A stretch of 64,000 bases of DNA. Origin: Yuukianura sp. NJ FZ-2021. Its lineage: Eukaryota. The stretch spans positions 2,666,001-2,730,000 of the forward strand of contig CM102287.1 of NCBI GenBank assembly GCA_046563655.1. Reading direction: 5' to 3'. Numbering within the stretch: the first letter of the stretch is position 1; each line of letters begins with the position of its first letter. Below the pieces are notes generated by a model, which saw nothing but the letters and a program-made list of their open reading frames with translations, made no database searches and was not told the DNA's origin. Shown here one piece after another: positions 60,601 to 64,000 of this stretch. Position numbers and translations under genes: made by a program.

Positions 60601-62112
60601 GCTTACATTGGATTCGGTGTAGAAATTGGGGCAATGAGTGGACATGGATCACCAAGAAGCGTACGAAGCGTCAGTGCAGCACCTTCGGCTAAGGATTTTA
60701 GACAGTATCCACCTTCCAGAATCACAGCGATTTTGGCACTGGCCAATCCCATGAGCGGAGTGATCAAATGGGGGTAGCACTGCGGTGTAACTCGCATCCT
60801 TCCCTAAAACATAAACAATCAAAATTTTGTTCAAATGAATGATACCTTTGACTCTTACCTCTGGACATCCCAAAGCTGCGTCAAATCCAGCAGACACAAT
60901 AACAAGATCTGGCTCGAACTTACAGAAAAATGAAAACACACACAAGTTATTTTGTGATTCTGAGTAATCAGTGGAACGTTGCACCATGTTATTGTTATAC
61001 CTGGTAGGCCATTGGAAGAAGAATTTTGTGCCAAACGCTAAGAAAGTCACCGTTCCCAAGCTCTGTCACGTTCAGTGGAATGTTGCAATTGAATCCAAGT
61101 CCATCGTCACTTCCGATCCAATTGTAATTCGACTCTTCTAAATTCGGCCAGTAGGTTCCATGTTCGTATCGGTGAGTGGAAAAATACAAAACCCTGAAAG
61201 AAAGAAGAATTTAGTAAAAACATTTTCAATCAGAAATTGCTTGAAAAGTTGTAACTCCGAACCGAGAATTATTGTAAAACATTTGCTGAGTGGCCTGGCC
61301 ATGGTGGACGTCAAAATCCACAATCAAAATTTTCTTAGAAGGATCACTGTCCAGAACTTGTTGAGCAGCAATAGCAACGTTATTGAAGTAGCAGTACCCA
61401 CAGAATTCACTTTTCATGGCGTGGTGTCCTAAAAATTAGAAATCCACAATCAAGTAACAGTTACAAAAACTTAAAAGTTTGAATCCTAGGTCACCTGGTG
61501 GTCGTATGATGGCCATTCCGTTCTGGATCTTATTTTGCACAACATTTTGTACCAAGTCGATGGTGGATCCACAAGAGATAAGCGCCAATTCAAATGTCGA
61601 CGGATGGAAGTAAACGGAATCGTATTGGGAAGCAGTTTCTTCAAGTTCTTCAACGTTTTCAGTGTTTGTGCAGATTTCCTTCAGCCTTTCGTAAGTCTCC
61701 AAGGAGTGCATTGACAGAATTTCAGGAAGAGTGGCACACCGTGGTGGAATTAATTTGCAGCGTTCCAGAAGTTCCAGAGCGTTGCATCGTTCTATGATTG
61801 AACTAAATCGTTCTGGTCTTTCAGGATGTTTTGGATCCCATAGACTCCGATGCTCCACCATTCCTAGATCATACACAACTCCGGTCTCTTTCCGAACACA
61901 ATCCTGTGACTCTCTTGCGGGTTGCATGGGATCTTCGATTATCAGAACCGGCGAGGATTGGGAAGCGGCTGGTTTCTTCTTTTTGCCATTCATCTTGGCT
62001 TCCTAAGAATTACTAGGTTTCAAAGCATGCAGTGTACAAGATTATGCAAGAACCAAACGTTAGCCGTTGACATAACCTTCAATGATGACGGTGGAATGGT
62101 AGTACTGGACAT
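57697..62112 (-). CDS. HDAC6: Histone deacetylase 6 (two catalytic domains plus C-terminal ZnF-UBP)
   Basis: About 15 exons. Domain 1: [41 protein letters not shown]. Domain 2: [38 protein letters not shown]. Zn[27 protein letters not shown]. The start ATG is uncertain (62112 or 61993). Confidence 0.96.
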
Positions 62113-63269
62113 CGTTAATTCAATATCTTTCTCCGCTTCTTCTCGTACGATTGGTGTCGTTTTGCCTTCGGGCTTCTGATCTTATCTGGATAAACACAAT
62201 ATCAATGGTTATACTATTATCGATGTCAAAGTTCAGAAATCAAATCAGCTGACTCTGAGAGTCACTCACCTCTGTAAACTTGGAACTTCCAAGTTGAAAG
62301 GAAGACAGCACCGTAAACAACTTGCAACAGAAAGTTGTGGAGTGGAGGTCACAGAAACAATGGAGCTGGACGGCTGGACGGGACAACAAGTGCGAAACCG
62401 ATGAAAATGAAAAATGGCAAACCACTAAAATGTAATCAACGGAAAACGGAACATCAACAAATGACAAAGATTTAGCATTTTTGACATTTTGGCGGCAGTT
62501 GAAATTCAAATTTGAAGTGTAGGATAAAATTGGTTGGTGGTGGCTGACTAACCCCAGATGTAGATCAATTGTAATCATTTTTTAAAACAATGACACAAGT
62601 AGAAATTTAGTCAATTGATAATTAAATTTAGAGTCAATTGATAGTTAGCAATAGTGTTGAATATTTTATATTGTATGTTATTTATAAATAATACATTGTA
62701 ATATATTTATAACATACTGTAATATAATTTTAATATGTTATAATATTATCTCGAAATTTTACTTTGGAAGGGAACCAAACCTTGCTAAAAGTCTCCCGAG
62801 TATGAAAAATTTTACTATGAACGACGAACGAGACCTTGCTAAGTGCCCCTGACTATGGAAAAACAAGTCTTTATACTCTTTCTGTGTGGAAACATTGGTG
62901 CCATATTGACCTTACCTTAACCGTTGAAAAAACGAAAATGATGTTGTTTTCACTTTCACCTCACCGTAATAACTAATAAGAAATCATTCGGAATTTGTGA
63001 AAAGTGGAGCAGATGACATTCAAAAACCGATCGAACTGTATGGTTGGTCATAAAAATTACTGATTGTAAGTGTTGATTAATCTTAGCTAGCACCTGGTGG
63101 CAGTAACGGAATTCTTGAGGTAGGTACCGTCTATCCTCCAACTTACTGAAGGTACGTCACACTTTTTAGCTTATAAATTTCCTGTCTTGTTGATTTATTA
63201 ACTGCTTGATGATTGATCAATAATTTTGTTATGTTATAGGTTATTGGGATAACTTTTCCAAGGAAAACA

Positions 63270-64000
63270 ATGGAGAGGAGGAAGGGATTTGGTAAAATGA
63301 TGACGGGGAAGAGAGTCCCACCACCTCCGGAAGGTGCCGATGGCCAACCTGCGTTGCTTACACCAGTAAAACCCGTTACTCCAAGACGACCTCCATCCGC
63401 CGCTGCATCTTCAGCCTTCCAGCCATCATCGGCGCAACAACCGCTGCCTCCGGGAGCTCAAGTTCAAGAATACAATGTCCGCGTTCCCAAAACTGCGACG
63501 AAACCACACAATTTGATGCGATTCAACGATGCCCTGAATGTAGACTTTTCGAAATGGGTCAACGTCAGAATGCAGCGAGAGGACAACTCTCATCTCTACA
63601 AACTCCCGGAATTTGCACAAGTAGAAATGCCAAAGTTTGGAGCCGGATCAGAGTTTGGCAGGGATCAACGTGAAGAGGCTCGTAAAAGAAAATATGGATT
63701 CCATAAGAAACGATACAAGAGAGAAAATCAGCCTTGGATCCTGAAAGCTGGAACTGGAGATACAACCAGAAAGTAAAAGTCGCGAGTATTTTCTCATTTA
63801 TGAAAAATACTGAAATTGTACTTTCTATAATTTCAGATTCAAAGGATTACGTGAAGGTGGTGTGAATGAAAATGCTTCGTACTTTATCTTCACTCAGAGT
63901 CAAGATGGTTGTTTCGAGGTGTTCCCAATCCAGGAGTGGTACAACTTCACTCCTGTCCAGCGTTACAAAGCCCTGTCAGCGGAAGAAGCCGAGGAACAGT
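63270..64000 (+). CDS. GTF2F1: General transcription factor IIF subunit 1 (RAP74/TFIIF-alpha), 5' part
   Basis: Exons 63270-63772 and 63837 to the right edge. VQEYNVRVP, MPKFGAGSEFGRDQREEARKRKYG, QPWILK, FKGLREGGV.ENASY, WYNFTP.QRYKAL.AEEAE. Divergent from HDAC6. Confidence 0.94.

Noticed and set aside
62240..62578. 112-aa ORF upstream of HDAC6 as an N-terminal extension
   Set aside because: It has no ATG start, and the most likely downstream acceptor is followed by an in-frame TAA. It is more likely a 5'UTR exon (donor at ~62269).

Overview
AT-rich, intron-containing animal genomic DNA. The gene set (spineless-type AhR, DUF1397 hemolymph-protein family, Ance-like ACE) points to an arthropod, and a springtail-like hexapod is plausible but unproven. 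The first ~32 kb hold the 5' six coding exons of a spineless/AhR bHLH-PAS gene (minus strand, large introns, continuing off the left edge) and ~10 kb of gene-free upstream DNA. This DNA has repeated G-rich to C-rich skew switches, recurring CCCTTAAGGG palindromes and AGGTCA DR1 motifs. The right half is gene-dense with short introns: a ~1-kb non-autonomous hAT-type element with an 8-bp TSD, an intron-containing fRMsr (GAF-domain free methionine-R-sulfoxide reductase, a family described from microbes rather than animals, so a horizontal-transfer candidate), adrenodoxin reductase, an unknown secreted Pro/Gly/Gln/Tyr-rich protein with a GPI-like tail, ZNF830, EMRE, a single-domain ACE, and a two-module DUF1397-like gene. 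An intact BEL/Pao LTR retrotransposon with apparently identical LTRs has inserted so that its TSD duplicates the start codon of that DUF1397-like gene. RpL10A (with a candidate autoregulatory splicing/NMD element), HDAC6 and the 5' part of TFIIF-alpha follow. I recognised no rRNA, tRNA or CRISPR. All exon models were read by eye from GT-AG sites and reading phase, and family assignments come from recognised motifs, not database searches.
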